DNA of 41,935 bases from NCBI GenBank assembly GCA_043803685.1, contig JAZDJU010000075.1:1-41935 (forward strand), given 5' to 3'. Source of the DNA: Candidatus Omnitrophota bacterium (GTDB lineage: Bacteria > Omnitrophota > Omnitrophia > Omnitrophales > Aquincolibacteriaceae). Each line of letters starts with the position of its first letter. Position 1 is the stretch's first letter. Position numbers and translations under genes: made by a program. Below, piece by piece: positions 1 through 9,363 of the stretch. The notes under the pieces are model-generated. The model was not told the DNA's origin, did no database searches, and saw only the letters and a list, made by a program, of their open reading frames with translations.

Positions 1-354
1 GTCGATCACAAGGTCCGGCTGACCTTCGACGATACTCGCCATCGTCTCCTCGTCCGCGAACGCGTTCACCACCTCGACTTTGCAATCGGGGTTGATCTGG
101 GCGATGCGTTCCCTGGCGGCTTCGGCCTTGAGTTTTCCGAGGTTAGGCGTGATCGCGAGAAGGTGACGGTTAAAATTGGTGGGTTTGATCGTATCAAAAT
201 CCACGAGCCGGAGATGACGAATGCCGGAACGCGCGAGGGCCTCGGTCGCGTAACCTCCCACGGCGCCGATCCCGATCACCACGACAAAAGCCTTTTCGAG
301 CCGCTCAACCTTTTCTTTACCGAGCAGGAGCTCCAGACAAAAAAGCCGTTCCAT
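1..354 (-). CDS. tcdA: ThiF/E1-family protein, tRNA threonylcarbamoyladenosine dehydratase-like (3' end runs off window)
   Basis: Not in the ORF track. Manual translation from ATG at 354: MERLFCLELLLGKEKVERLEKAFVVVIGIGAVGGYATEALARSGIRHLRLVDFDTIKPTNFNRHL...KAEAARERIAQINPDCKV...DLVID, with GxGxxG, DxD and NxNR ThiF motifs. Overlaps the tatD stop. Confidence 0.85.
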   Translation of the reverse strand, partial: MERLFCLELLLGKEKVERLEKAFVVVIGIGAVGGYATEALARSGIRHLRLVDFDTIKPTNFNRHLLAITPNLGKLKAEAARERIAQINPDCKVEVVNAFADEETMASIVEGQPDLVID

Positions 355-1099
355 TCGCCCACACCGCTTTCTCTAAGGTTCCTTCTTCGATCCCCTTCGC
401 GCGTCCCGCGAGGTTATAAACTCCCTGGAGACTTTCAAAATATTTCTCGTCATGCGCGTCGGGACCGACCTGTCCCAGTTCCGTATAAGGAAAATCAGTT
501 TCAAGAAGCAGACGGTCCTGGGGCACGCTCCGCATGAGCGCGATCGACTCCTCAGTATCCCGTTGAAGGCTTTTCCACGAAAAGGAAATATAGGCTCCGA
601 GGGTTAAAAGATCCCGCAACACCTGCTGGGAACCCTGAAAGGAATGGACCATAAAACGCGTCTTGGGCGGAAGGCTTCTTTTCAACATACTTGAAAGATC
701 GCTCCACGCCCGGACACAATGGATGGCAAGAGGCCGTCCCAAACGCCCCGCGATCTCCAACTGCCGGTGGAAAACCTCGGTCTGCCTCGCGAAATCGATA
801 TTCCGCGCTTTGTCGAGTCCCACCTCGCCCACGCCCGCGTCCGGACTTCTCTTGAGAAAACCTTCCAAGGTCTTGTACCAATCCGCGGGAAGCTTGTCCG
901 TGTACCAGGGATGGATCCCGAAGAACGGAATAACCCGGCGGTCCTGCCGCGAAAGGTCCTCCACGGCCTGCCAATCCTCCGGACGGGTGCCGTTCAACAC
1001 GAATCGCCCGGCCTTGAAATCCTGCGCCAGTTTCAGGATGCTCGCGCGAATCGGAAGCTCTTTGATATCTTGAAAATGAAGATGCATATCACTTAACAT
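317..1099 (-). CDS. tatD: TatD-family deoxyribonuclease
   Basis: DxHxH at the N-terminus plus GIHPW, GEVGLD, IHC, HS and ETDFP motifs; 260 aa. Confidence 0.93.
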   Translation of the reverse strand: MLSDMHLHFQDIKELPIRASILKLAQDFKAGRFVLNGTRPEDWQAVEDLSRQDRRVIPFFGIHPWYTDKLPADWYKTLEGFLKRSPDAGVGEVGLDKARNIDFARQTEVFHRQLEIAGRLGRPLAIHCVRAWSDLSSMLKRSLPPKTRFMVHSFQGSQQVLRDLLTLGAYISFSWKSLQRDTEESIALMRSVPQDRLLLETDFPYTELGQVGPDAHDEKYFESLQGVYNLAGRAKGIEEGTLEKAVWANGTAFLSGAPAR

Positions 1100-1242
1100 G
1101 AGAGGATTGTATCCTGCTTACACGACCGCGTCCACTTTCGAAACAAGTCGCCCGAAATTCGATTCAAAAACAACCGAAAAAGAGCCGATACTTTCAGGGT
1201 GAAAGAACCTCAAACCACGCCATGCCATTCGAAAGAGGTATT

Positions 1243-1734
1243 ATGAAACCGATAAGATCCAGTCTTCTCACCCTTTTCTGCGCACTGAGCCTTGTGCTCA
1301 CTCCCCGCTTATTGTTGGCAAGCACCAACGCGCAACCCTGGGGCGAACAGGAAGCCGAAAGGGATGCCCAGGAAGAAGTAACCTCTGAAGAGAAATCCGC
1401 ACAGGAGGAAATGAGCTCCAGCGTCTATGGACAGATCACGAACATCAGTCAGGATATGAGAACACTCTCTCTCCTTCCGACGGACCAGGTTGAAAACAAG
1501 GAGGAAGAGGACGACGACCAAGTCACCTCGCAGGACTATTATTTCAGATCCGAGACGCCGATCACAGGCATGGGGTCACTCAGTGAGCTTTCGGCGGGAG
1601 ATTATGTGAACCTTGAATACTACACGTTCCGGGACCAGAACAGGATCACCGAGATCAGTTTTGATAAGCACGGCGAGACCCAGAGGAGTAACACGGAAGG
1701 TAGCGGAACTTCAACCGGGGTTCTTGTAGGCTAA
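1243..1734 (+). CDS. Secreted acidic hypothetical protein with a possible small OB-like beta-barrel
   Basis: GAGG RBS before ATG 1243 (ORF track starts at 1222); signal peptide MKPIRSSLLTLFCALSLVL...; GQITNI...LSELSAGDYVNLEY...ITEI pattern. Confidence 0.7.
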   Translation: MKPIRSSLLTLFCALSLVLTPRLLLASTNAQPWGEQEAERDAQEEVTSEEKSAQEEMSSSVYGQITNISQDMRTLSLLPTDQVENKEEEDDDQVTSQDYYFRSETPITGMGSLSELSAGDYVNLEYYTFRDQNRITEISFDKHGETQRSNTEGSGTSTGVLVG

Positions 1735-1759
1735 GCAGGAACAGCAACAAAAAGATTGT

Positions 1760-1857
1760 CTAGCACCGTTGCAGGATTAAATTGACGGGTTAACGGTACA
1801 GGCAGAAAGCAGATTGAAATTGAACAACCCGCAATTTCAATCTTGGAGCTACGCTAG
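1760..1857. repeat. CTAG-bounded palindromic element, copy 1 (MITE/REP-like)
   Basis: CTAGCACCGTTGCAGGATT...AGATTGAAATTG-loop-CAATTTCAATCT...GCTACGCTAG; aligns end to end with 19158-19257; lies between convergent genes. Confidence 0.8.
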
Positions 1858-2534
1858 AACCAACCCTTTTTCTTCGTGGTCGCCTTCGTGGTCGTCGCCT
1901 TCACCGCAACGTTCTTCTGAGCCACCACAGGCGCCCCGCCAAGGACGGGAACTACCTCTTTGGGGGTGGTTTCTTGCAGAGGATTGATCTGGGTTTCTTC
2001 AGGTTTCTCTTCAGTCGTCTTGGGAATATCCTTACGCTCTGAGCTCGTAAAATAATACTCCTCAGACCCCTTCTCCAATTGGCGGCTAATGATCCCGGTC
2101 ATGACCTTGTCTTTCCACTCACCGCGCCAGAAACAGACTTCCCCTTTTTTGGAGGTCTGCATGGTTTCCCAAATGGTGGGCCCCTGCTCCTGAACGGTCA
2201 GAGTATAATTGGTCGAGTTATAACCTATTTTATCCGCCCGCTCGGAACGGAATTTGTCATTCTGGAAAAGCAGCGTATCCTCCCCGACAAGATCGCCTTT
2301 TTTGGACTGGGACTCGATCTTAACGGTCCACGAAGATCCATTCAGCTCGGCTTTTTTTTCCAGGATCAGCTTCCGGAACGCCGCGCGCGCGGCTTCGTCT
2401 TTCTTGGAATTCCCCTTTTGAGGAGCGAGTACTGCCAAAGGGTTCGATTCGGCAGAACACTTTTCCGCAACGCCGAACGTCAATGCTGCCGTGATAAGAA
2501 AACTAAAAATAGCGAGAGATAAGGGCTTTCTCAT
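1854..2534 (-). CDS. Secreted/periplasmic hypothetical protein
   Basis: Signal peptide, beta-rich core and a Lys/Thr-rich tail ending KKKGWF; GGAGG RBS; last gene of the secretin block. Confidence 0.75.
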   Translation of the reverse strand: MRKPLSLAIFSFLITAALTFGVAEKCSAESNPLAVLAPQKGNSKKDEAARAAFRKLILEKKAELNGSSWTVKIESQSKKGDLVGEDTLLFQNDKFRSERADKIGYNSTNYTLTVQEQGPTIWETMQTSKKGEVCFWRGEWKDKVMTGIISRQLEKGSEEYYFTSSERKDIPKTTEEKPEETQINPLQETTPKEVVPVLGGAPVVAQKNVAVKATTTKATTKKKGWF

Positions 2535-2576
2535 TTTTGGGATCCTCCGTTAGGCGGACAGGCTAACATGCACGCA

Positions 2577-3548
2577 TTATGTTTTCAATAGATTTGTAGT
2601 AAAGACGTCACGTTCGACCAAATAGCTCTTCACTTCATCGGCATGAGGATCATCAGGCGTCAGCCCCAGGTAGATCCGAAAATGCGATTCCGCTTTTTTT
2701 CGGTCCTGGCGCTGTTCCGCGTAGATATACCCGAGATTGTAATGGGCCTTCGCGTCGTTGGGATTGATCTCAACCGCTTTTTTAAACTCCTCAAGCGCGC
2801 GGTCATAATTCATTTCTCCCGCATAGAAGACGCCCAGATTGAAATGCATATCCCCCGTCTCCTTGACAAGGATCTGATTCTGACGGGCCATCTCCGAGAA
2901 CTTCGTCGGGAGATCCTCCAGCTTTTTTTCGAGAAATTTCCTTTCCTTCTGAAGAACATCGAAAGACTGGCTGAGACTCATAAAACTTTCCTGATAGCCT
3001 TTATAGTGGGCCACTTCCTGTGTAAGGCTCTGGATCTTTTCCGTGTTTTCCGAATGATCACGAACCATATCCTGACGTTCTTGCGTGATCTTGAGAGCTT
3101 CGGCCTGACGAGCTTCGCTTTCCGCCTGCGCCGTCTTGAGGGAGCGTGAGAGATCTTTCGCCTGGGCCTGGATCGCCGCAAACGACGCCTCAAGCTTTTT
3201 GTGATCCTCGAGAAGCTTTTCCCTCTCGGCATTCAGCGTTTTCAATTCGGCCTCCGCGGCGACGTAGGCGTCTTTTTCAATAAGCAATTGTTTCGCCTGA
3301 GCCAGGACATTATCACGATCGGACTCAAGCTTTTGGAATCTTCCTTTGAGGGTTTCGTAAAGCTTTTGGAGACTGGCTCGATCCGCTTCCTGCTCGTTCA
3401 GTCGCCGCTCAAGCGTATACGTTTGGGCTTTTGCGCCACGGAAAGGGAACCAGTAAAGTATCGTTCCCAGGAGGATCACGATACCGATCAAGATCACGAA
3501 AGCGATCGGCCATGCATGACGTCTAAGAAACAAAAGAAGTCTAATCAT
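2577..3548 (-). CDS. Membrane-anchored coiled-coil protein with C-terminal TPRs
   Basis: N-terminal TM (WPIAFVILIGIVILLGTILYWF), long heptad region, and TPRs HFNLGVFY...ALEEFKKAVEINPNDAKAHYNLGYIY. Confidence 0.85.
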   Translation of the reverse strand: MIRLLLFLRRHAWPIAFVILIGIVILLGTILYWFPFRGAKAQTYTLERRLNEQEADRASLQKLYETLKGRFQKLESDRDNVLAQAKQLLIEKDAYVAAEAELKTLNAEREKLLEDHKKLEASFAAIQAQAKDLSRSLKTAQAESEARQAEALKITQERQDMVRDHSENTEKIQSLTQEVAHYKGYQESFMSLSQSFDVLQKERKFLEKKLEDLPTKFSEMARQNQILVKETGDMHFNLGVFYAGEMNYDRALEEFKKAVEINPNDAKAHYNLGYIYAEQRQDRKKAESHFRIYLGLTPDDPHADEVKSYLVERDVFTTNLLKT

Positions 3549-3569
3549 GGGAACTCAATGGATTTTTTT

Positions 3570-5414
3570 TCATAATTTCGCCACAGAAGCGGAAGAATCC
3601 CCTGTTCGTATTTTCGTGTCCAACGTAAGCGAAGAATACCCGCGAAAACTGTTCATGGTATCCACGGGCCTCCCCACCTCACCGGTCATCATCTTTTCAC
3701 CCCCGGTAATGTAAGGCGTCAGAAGAACGATCACTTCCGTACGTTCCTTTTTCTTTGCGCCTGATTTAAATAAGGCCCCGAAGACCGGCACCTTGGAAAA
3801 ATAGGGCACCTCCTGACTCCCCTCCGTCCATTCATCCTTCCGAAGTCCTGCGATCATAATACCGGTCTTGTCCCTGACCATGACGGTCGTCTCAGCCTCA
3901 GAGGTATCAATGATCGGGATCTTGTTGCCTGAAGCCGTGACGAGTGTCGACTTAACGCTCGAGATCGAGGGTTTGATCTTCATGGTGATAAAGCCGTCAT
4001 CGTTAATGGTCGGTGTCACGGAAAGCTCGATACCGACGTCCACAAAGGTCACGCTCTCCGCAACGGTATTTTGCCCGGAACTCCCCGTGGTGCTCGTGGA
4101 AGTGATATAGGCCTGACGTTCGCCGACGTGGATCTTCGCTTCCTGGTTATTCACGACCGTAATGCGGGGGCTTGAAAGGACCCGGGCATTCCCGATCGTT
4201 TTCAAAAATTTGAAAAGAACCTCATAGGCGCCGTCTTCTCCCGATTGCCCCACGATAAAATTGGAGGTCGGATAGACTTTCGCACCTTGGTCGGGACGCG
4301 TCGTGGGGGTAATATTAATAAAATCGTCCACAAAACTTTTTCCCGCGCGCGCCAAGGAATTACTTTCATGACTCCCCATCCATCCCTGCTGAAAACCCGG
4401 AATAAGATTGATGTCCTTGAAAAGCGCTTCCCATTTGATCTCCGATTCGAAATTATCCGAAAGCGTAATACGGATGATCTTTGAAACGATGAGGACTTCT
4501 TTGGTCTTTTTGTCCAGAGACTTGATGAGCTCTTCGATCTGGATCATACGATCCGGATAGGCCTGAACGATCAATTGATTCGTACGATCATCCGCCTGAA
4601 CGTTCCCCGTCCCTTTTTCATTGAGCTGCGTCTTGAGCCGCTCCTCCACTTCCCTCGCCTTGGCGTATTGAAGGAAAAAAGATTTTATGACCCTTTTTCT
4701 GTCCAAGGTGTTGATGACCTTTTCGATCTCGGCCATGTTTTCAGGAGTTTCCATCACCAGGACCATCCCGGATTCCTTATCCACCAGAATTCTTCCGATC
4801 TCACTTTTAAAGACTTCGATGGCCGAAAAAACGTTGTCAGGAACGGCGTATTGGAGATGGAAGATCTTGACCTTGCGCGCGTCGGAAAAACTGCGCCCGT
4901 ACTTTGTTTTATACTCCCCTTCGGTCATGATCTGATAGATCTCACCCTGTTTATCGTACGCTAAACCGCTGCTCAAAATAATGATGTCGAGCACATCCTT
5001 GATCGGGACATTATTCAAAACAAGGAACAGGCGTCCCGCAACCAATTTGCTGATCACCATGTTCAGTTTGGCTCGCGTCGCGATGAACCGTAGAGCCTCC
5101 GAAACTTCAATGCTCCGGAGATCGAGCGATATCCGGTCCGAGGACAACATGGCGTCCGTGAATCCTTGGGCTTGCGTGTCTCCATCCTCGCCCGCAGCTG
5201 CCAAAGGACTGAACCCTTCGACCGTTTGCGACACATCCTTCGCTTCCCCCTGCGCTTCATTCGTGGCTTCCAACACATTCGAGGCAGGGTCTTCAGCCCA
5301 AGCCACGGAGGTAGCGCCGCCAAGGATCAGAAAGCCCCCCAAGATCAGCACCGGAATTTTCACAACCTGTTGTATTTTCATTTTCACGATCCTGCCCGAT
5401 TTAACGTAACTCAT
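3570..5414 (-). CDS. gspD: Secretin (GspD/PilQ family) with STN and N domains
   Basis: ISLDLRSIEVSEALRFIA (STN), repeated N-domain LQYA motifs, and the secretin core SSPRITVVNNQEAKIHVGE...VGIELSVTPTI...VPYFSKVPVFGALFKS...VLLTPYI. The start may be 5381. Confidence 0.93.
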   Translation of the reverse strand: MSYVKSGRIVKMKIQQVVKIPVLILGGFLILGGATSVAWAEDPASNVLEATNEAQGEAKDVSQTVEGFSPLAAAGEDGDTQAQGFTDAMLSSDRISLDLRSIEVSEALRFIATRAKLNMVISKLVAGRLFLVLNNVPIKDVLDIIILSSGLAYDKQGEIYQIMTEGEYKTKYGRSFSDARKVKIFHLQYAVPDNVFSAIEVFKSEIGRILVDKESGMVLVMETPENMAEIEKVINTLDRKRVIKSFFLQYAKAREVEERLKTQLNEKGTGNVQADDRTNQLIVQAYPDRMIQIEELIKSLDKKTKEVLIVSKIIRITLSDNFESEIKWEALFKDINLIPGFQQGWMGSHESNSLARAGKSFVDDFINITPTTRPDQGAKVYPTSNFIVGQSGEDGAYEVLFKFLKTIGNARVLSSPRITVVNNQEAKIHVGERQAYITSTSTTGSSGQNTVAESVTFVDVGIELSVTPTINDDGFITMKIKPSISSVKSTLVTASGNKIPIIDTSEAETTVMVRDKTGIMIAGLRKDEWTEGSQEVPYFSKVPVFGALFKSGAKKKERTEVIVLLTPYITGGEKMMTGEVGRPVDTMNSFRGYSSLTLDTKIRTGDSSASVAKL

Positions 5415-6078
5415 ATTCCTTACCCTTGTAACTCAAAATGACCTTATCTTTGAAGATGGTCACAACGCGTAACCCATTCGCCAGAAGCTGGCCCCGCCTG
5501 ACGAAGAACGTCCGTCCGAGCCCCTTGTCCTCAACCATGGCCTCAGGATTATCGGACCAGGCGATCCCTACCAAATTGCAAGTCTTGAAAGGGTTCTCTT
5601 CTTCAACGCCTTCAGCCGGCTTTGTTTCCTCTTGCGGCTTCTCAGGCACCACCGGAGTGAAAATATTCCGGCCCTTGGTCTTCCCCAAGTAATAGGAGAC
5701 ACTTTGCAAAGCTGTCACAGTCTCCGGGACTTCCACCGCCGTTTTTTGGGACGGCAGGATTAAGTTGGACGCCTTTTTGATCCCCGTAACCATCCCGTAA
5801 AGAGTGTAACCCGAGTAGATCACCATCACAAAGATCAGGAATTTCAGAACCCCGTTGATCCGCTTCATCGCGTGGGGACTCTGAGAGAACTGCTTCAGCG
5901 AAAACCACCGCTTCATCGAAGCGGCCTTCCAGAAATCCACGCGCCCTTTGAGCGCGGGGAGAGAAATCAATTTCTCCCCCTCCCGCTTCACGCTTTCGAC
6001 GCGTACGGAAGCCTGTGTCGGGTTTTCAATGAGCTTTAATAGCTGCTGTTCTGGTGTAAGTGACTCGTCCGCTGCCAT
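5401..6078 (-). CDS. GspC/PilP-like inner-membrane protein (HR domain, no PDZ)
   Basis: Likely start MAADES at 6078 (ORF track 6174); one TM, RNIF motif, C-terminal LVGIAWSDNPEAMVED...FFVRRGQ...RVVTIFKDKVIL; directly precedes the secretin. Confidence 0.7.
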   Translation of the reverse strand: MAADESLTPEQQLLKLIENPTQASVRVESVKREGEKLISLPALKGRVDFWKAASMKRWFSLKQFSQSPHAMKRINGVLKFLIFVMVIYSGYTLYGMVTGIKKASNLILPSQKTAVEVPETVTALQSVSYYLGKTKGRNIFTPVVPEKPQEETKPAEGVEEENPFKTCNLVGIAWSDNPEAMVEDKGLGRTFFVRRGQLLANGLRVVTIFKDKVILSYKGKEYELR

Positions 6079-6899
6079 CCTGTTTTCACATCCTCTTGAA
6101 TAAGTTCCTCGATGATCTGAGAGTCCACGACGAGCTTGTTCTTGAACAACAATGTTTTCAAAGCGCGATGGCAAAGCATGGTCACCTGCCGGGGATGTCC
6201 TCCCGTCGCATCATGGATACAATAGAGAGCGTCTTCCAGAAAAATATTCATATCGGAAACATATCCCGCCTGTTGGATCCGAAAGAAGATCATTTCTTTC
6301 ATTTCGCTGAAATCCAGCGCTTCCAGTTTGCCTTTGTAGCTGATCCGGTCAAAAAAATTGGGGATCTCCTTGATCTTCGACTGAAGCTCCAACTGCCCGA
6401 GTAACACCAACTGAAGCAATTTAAATTCGTTCGTTTCGTAATTCAAAAGAACCCGGAGGTTCTCGAGCGACGGATCGCTCAACTTCTGAGCCTCGTCCAC
6501 GATCAAGATCACAGTCTTCCCCTCGATCACCGCCTTTTGAAAAAGAAATCTCTCCAACGCTTCGCGTAAGGACAGGATCGAAGCGTTCTCTTCGATCGGG
6601 ATCCCAAAGTTCTTGGAGATACAGCTCAAAAACAAGGTCGGGTCGTCAAACGAAGGATCCAGGATCATGTGGAAGAGACAATCTTCCCGGCTTTTGAGTT
6701 CCTGGATGAGTTTCCGGGAAAGCGTCGTTTTCCCGGTTCCGACATCCCCTAAAATGACCCCGAGCCCGCGCTTGAGACGAAGCTCGATCAGAATGTTGGT
6801 CAGGGCCGCGTCATGCGCTTTGGACAGATAGAAAAAATCAGGGTCCGGACTTGTCGAAAACGGTTCTTTCTGGAATCCAAAAATTTTATAGTAGCTCAT
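6036..6899 (-). CDS. exeA: ExeA/GspA-family AAA+ ATPase (short form)
   Basis: YYKIFGFQKEPFSTSPDPDF start, Walker A GDVGTGKT, Walker B LIVDEAQ, LVLLGQ, GHPRQV. Confidence 0.9.
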   Translation of the reverse strand: MSYYKIFGFQKEPFSTSPDPDFFYLSKAHDAALTNILIELRLKRGLGVILGDVGTGKTTLSRKLIQELKSREDCLFHMILDPSFDDPTLFLSCISKNFGIPIEENASILSLREALERFLFQKAVIEGKTVILIVDEAQKLSDPSLENLRVLLNYETNEFKLLQLVLLGQLELQSKIKEIPNFFDRISYKGKLEALDFSEMKEMIFFRIQQAGYVSDMNIFLEDALYCIHDATGGHPRQVTMLCHRALKTLLFKNKLVVDSQIIEELIQEDVKTGWQRTSHLHQNSSY

Positions 6900-7140
6900 C
6901 CTGACTCCCTCCGGACAATTTCTTCCGGATCAGTGAAAGCGGATACCCTTCATTCACCAAACGCGAGATCGTCTGAAACCGGCGTTCGACCTGTTCCCCA
7001 TCATAGAACCGCTTATTTCCAACCTTGCGCACAATGTCAAACAACCCAAGACAGGTGTAATAGTTGACTTTGGAATAGGGGATCTCGAACTTTTCCCCGA
7101 TTTCCTGGGCACTCAAGCATTCTATGGTATTGTCGCTCAT
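6886..7140 (-). CDS. MerR-type HTH DNA-binding protein (stand-alone)
   Basis: LSAQEIGEKFEIPYSKVNYYTCLGL...RKVGNKRFY...EGYPLSLIRKKL; GAGGGGAG RBS; overlaps the exeA start. Confidence 0.8.
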   Translation of the reverse strand: MSDNTIECLSAQEIGEKFEIPYSKVNYYTCLGLFDIVRKVGNKRFYDGEQVERRFQTISRLVNEGYPLSLIRKKLSGGSQDELL

Positions 7141-7480
7141 AATCTCCCCTCTTGATTGACTTCCACCATATCTTCGACACTTGAAGTAACTACCTTAAGT
7201 GCTATAAATACTTCCCCGCCCTCACCGCTTGCTCCATGTTAATAGTGGCGACTTTCGGGAAAGAAGACATTCCGGAAATTGAAAAAAACCGTGAATTTAT
7301 CCCTCTCTCGGTTCGATAACTTATTATCGCCGCGTGACATTTAAATTACGGGGACGCGGCACAGCGCTTGATTTTCATTTATAAAATACAATTCGGAGAA
7401 CAGTATTTGCTGACAAAGCCCCCATTCGCCCATAAGATGAGCGCGTGAGATTCTCAGTCAGCAGAGGGAAATAGGCTTTT

Positions 7481-8938
7481 ATGGACCCCATCGTTACAGC
7501 TTTTCTTATCATCACGCTTTTCGCCGTCGTCTTCGCCCTTTTCCTGGCCCAGGGTCTGGCCAAGAAAAAAGCATCCGTCGTCATTGCCATGGCGGCTACC
7601 CAAGCTAGCTCCCAGAACCTTGAGCAAGAGCTGCGGAAACACCTCGGGGAGAATTCCCAGCAGGTTCAAGTCATCACGAAAAAGATCTCCCATTTTGTCG
7701 CTACTGAGATCGAGAAAAAGGTATTAGAAAAGACCACGGAGATCAACGAACGCTTCGATCATTTGATCCAGGAAAAGAACCAATCCATCGACTTCGTTGA
7801 AAAACAGTTCAAGACGGTCAGCGAACGCTATCAGAAGCTTGATTGTTCGTTCAAGGAATTGGGCGAGGAAAAGAAACAGACTGAGGAGGTCGTTCGCTCC
7901 ATGGCCGAGGGCGTGATCATGGTCAATAAAAAAGGCGAGATCATGCTAATGAATCCGGCCGCCGAAAAATTGTTAGGCGTGAAAAAAGAGGATAAGATCG
8001 GCCAATCGGTTTTGAAGGACCTCAAGGATGAGCAGCTTGTCAGTTTGGTGCAACAGCCAGCCGATTCGGGGAAAAGCAAGGAGATCGTGATCCAGAGTCA
8101 GAACGATCAAGTCAAAAAAGTGCTCCTGGCTAGCAACGCGGTCATCGAAAGCGAGGATGGTAAAACCGTCGGTTTCGTCTCCGTGATCTCCGACGTCACG
8201 AAGCAAAAGGAGTTGGAAACCCTCAAGAACACTTTCCTGACTAATATCTCCCATGATCTCAGGACCCCTATCACCTGCATCCATGGGTCGCTCCAGCTAC
8301 TCTGTGACAACACTATCAACAAACTGACTCCCAGCCAGGAAAAATTCGTCACGATCGCCTTGAATAATGTCAAACGGCTTTCCCGGCTCATCAATGACCT
8401 CCTGGACCTCTCCAAGCTCGAGGCGAAAAAGTTCACCATCAAACCCGCTCTCTTCCGCGTCGACGACCTCGTCCAAACCCTGGTCAACGAATTCGGGGCC
8501 TGGAGCAAAACAAAAGAGATCACGATCCGGGCCGACATCGAAAAACCCATGGAGGTCGAGGCCGACCAGGACAGGATGAGCCAGGTCCTGACCAACCTCA
8601 TCGGGAACGCTCTCAAATTCACTCCGAACGGAGGCACGGTCACGATCACGGGACGGCGTCTTAAGAATTCGGAAAAGATCGAACTCGGCGTGCGTGACAC
8701 CGGACCGGGGATCGCCAAAAAAGATTTTCAAAAACTTTTTGAGAAATTTTCGCGCATCGAATCCCCTTCGTTGCAAGGAGTGAGCGGTACGGGGTTGGGA
8801 CTTACCATCGCCAAGGAGATCGTGGAATTACACGGCGGCAGGATCTGGGTTGAAAGCCAGGAGGGAAAAGGCAGCTACTTCGCCTTTGAACTTCCCCTAA
8901 AACACACTCCGGTCAGCTCGCAGCCCGAAGAGCCTTAA
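7481..8938 (+). CDS. PAS-domain sensor histidine kinase
   Basis: Single N-terminal TM, coiled coil, PAS (SMAEGVIMVN...MNPAAEKLLG...DVT), H-box SHDLRTP, N-box NLIGNALKFT, DTGPGI, GTGLGL. Confidence 0.95.
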   Translation: MDPIVTAFLIITLFAVVFALFLAQGLAKKKASVVIAMAATQASSQNLEQELRKHLGENSQQVQVITKKISHFVATEIEKKVLEKTTEINERFDHLIQEKNQSIDFVEKQFKTVSERYQKLDCSFKELGEEKKQTEEVVRSMAEGVIMVNKKGEIMLMNPAAEKLLGVKKEDKIGQSVLKDLKDEQLVSLVQQPADSGKSKEIVIQSQNDQVKKVLLASNAVIESEDGKTVGFVSVISDVTKQKELETLKNTFLTNISHDLRTPITCIHGSLQLLCDNTINKLTPSQEKFVTIALNNVKRLSRLINDLLDLSKLEAKKFTIKPALFRVDDLVQTLVNEFGAWSKTKEITIRADIEKPMEVEADQDRMSQVLTNLIGNALKFTPNGGTVTITGRRLKNSEKIELGVRDTGPGIAKKDFQKLFEKFSRIESPSLQGVSGTGLGLTIAKEIVELHGGRIWVESQEGKGSYFAFELPLKHTPVSSQPEEP

Positions 8939-9309
8939 TTTTTCCCTTCGGGGGTCTTCCCCTCTTTCGCTTCAAGAGCTTCAACCCGTTGAGTGAGCGC
9001 GTCGATCCGCGCGTCCACCCGATCAATTTTCTTCAAACAATATTCTTCGGTGGATACCGGACCGATGATGCCATACTGTTTCACGAAAGTCATATCCTTC
9101 GGCGATCGAAAAGTAAGCCCGCCTTCCACCGTAATGATCTCGTAAGCCGGATTAGAAGGATCGGGCTTTCTCTCGACCACTTTGACGTCTTCCATATCCC
9201 CATCCGCGCGAACCGTCAAGACCTGCAGGAGCCAAAGAACACAAAGCCCGAGAGCCCATAGCGCGATTTTCCACGGCATATTTTTTTTGAGATTCATTTT
9301 TAGCCTCAA
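8935..9309 (-). CDS. Small secreted hypothetical protein with a C-terminal coiled coil
   Basis: Signal peptide ending VRA; C-terminal IDRVDARIDALTQRVEALE heptads. Confidence 0.65.
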   Translation of the reverse strand: MRLKMNLKKNMPWKIALWALGLCVLWLLQVLTVRADGDMEDVKVVERKPDPSNPAYEIITVEGGLTFRSPKDMTFVKQYGIIGPVSTEEYCLKKIDRVDARIDALTQRVEALEAKEGKTPEGKN

Positions 9310-9363
9310 CAGGATTTTTAATGTGTGGTATCATGTGCCAGTTACAAAACGAAAGGATTTTCC

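Noticed and set aside
163..537. 124-aa plus-strand ORF
   Set aside because: Antisense to tcdA and tatD, which have clear motifs.
7141..7480. Possible riboswitch or ncRNA in the merR/kinase intergenic region
   Set aside because: No recognisable conserved structure by eye; a divergent promoter region explains it. An Rfam/Infernal scan would settle it.
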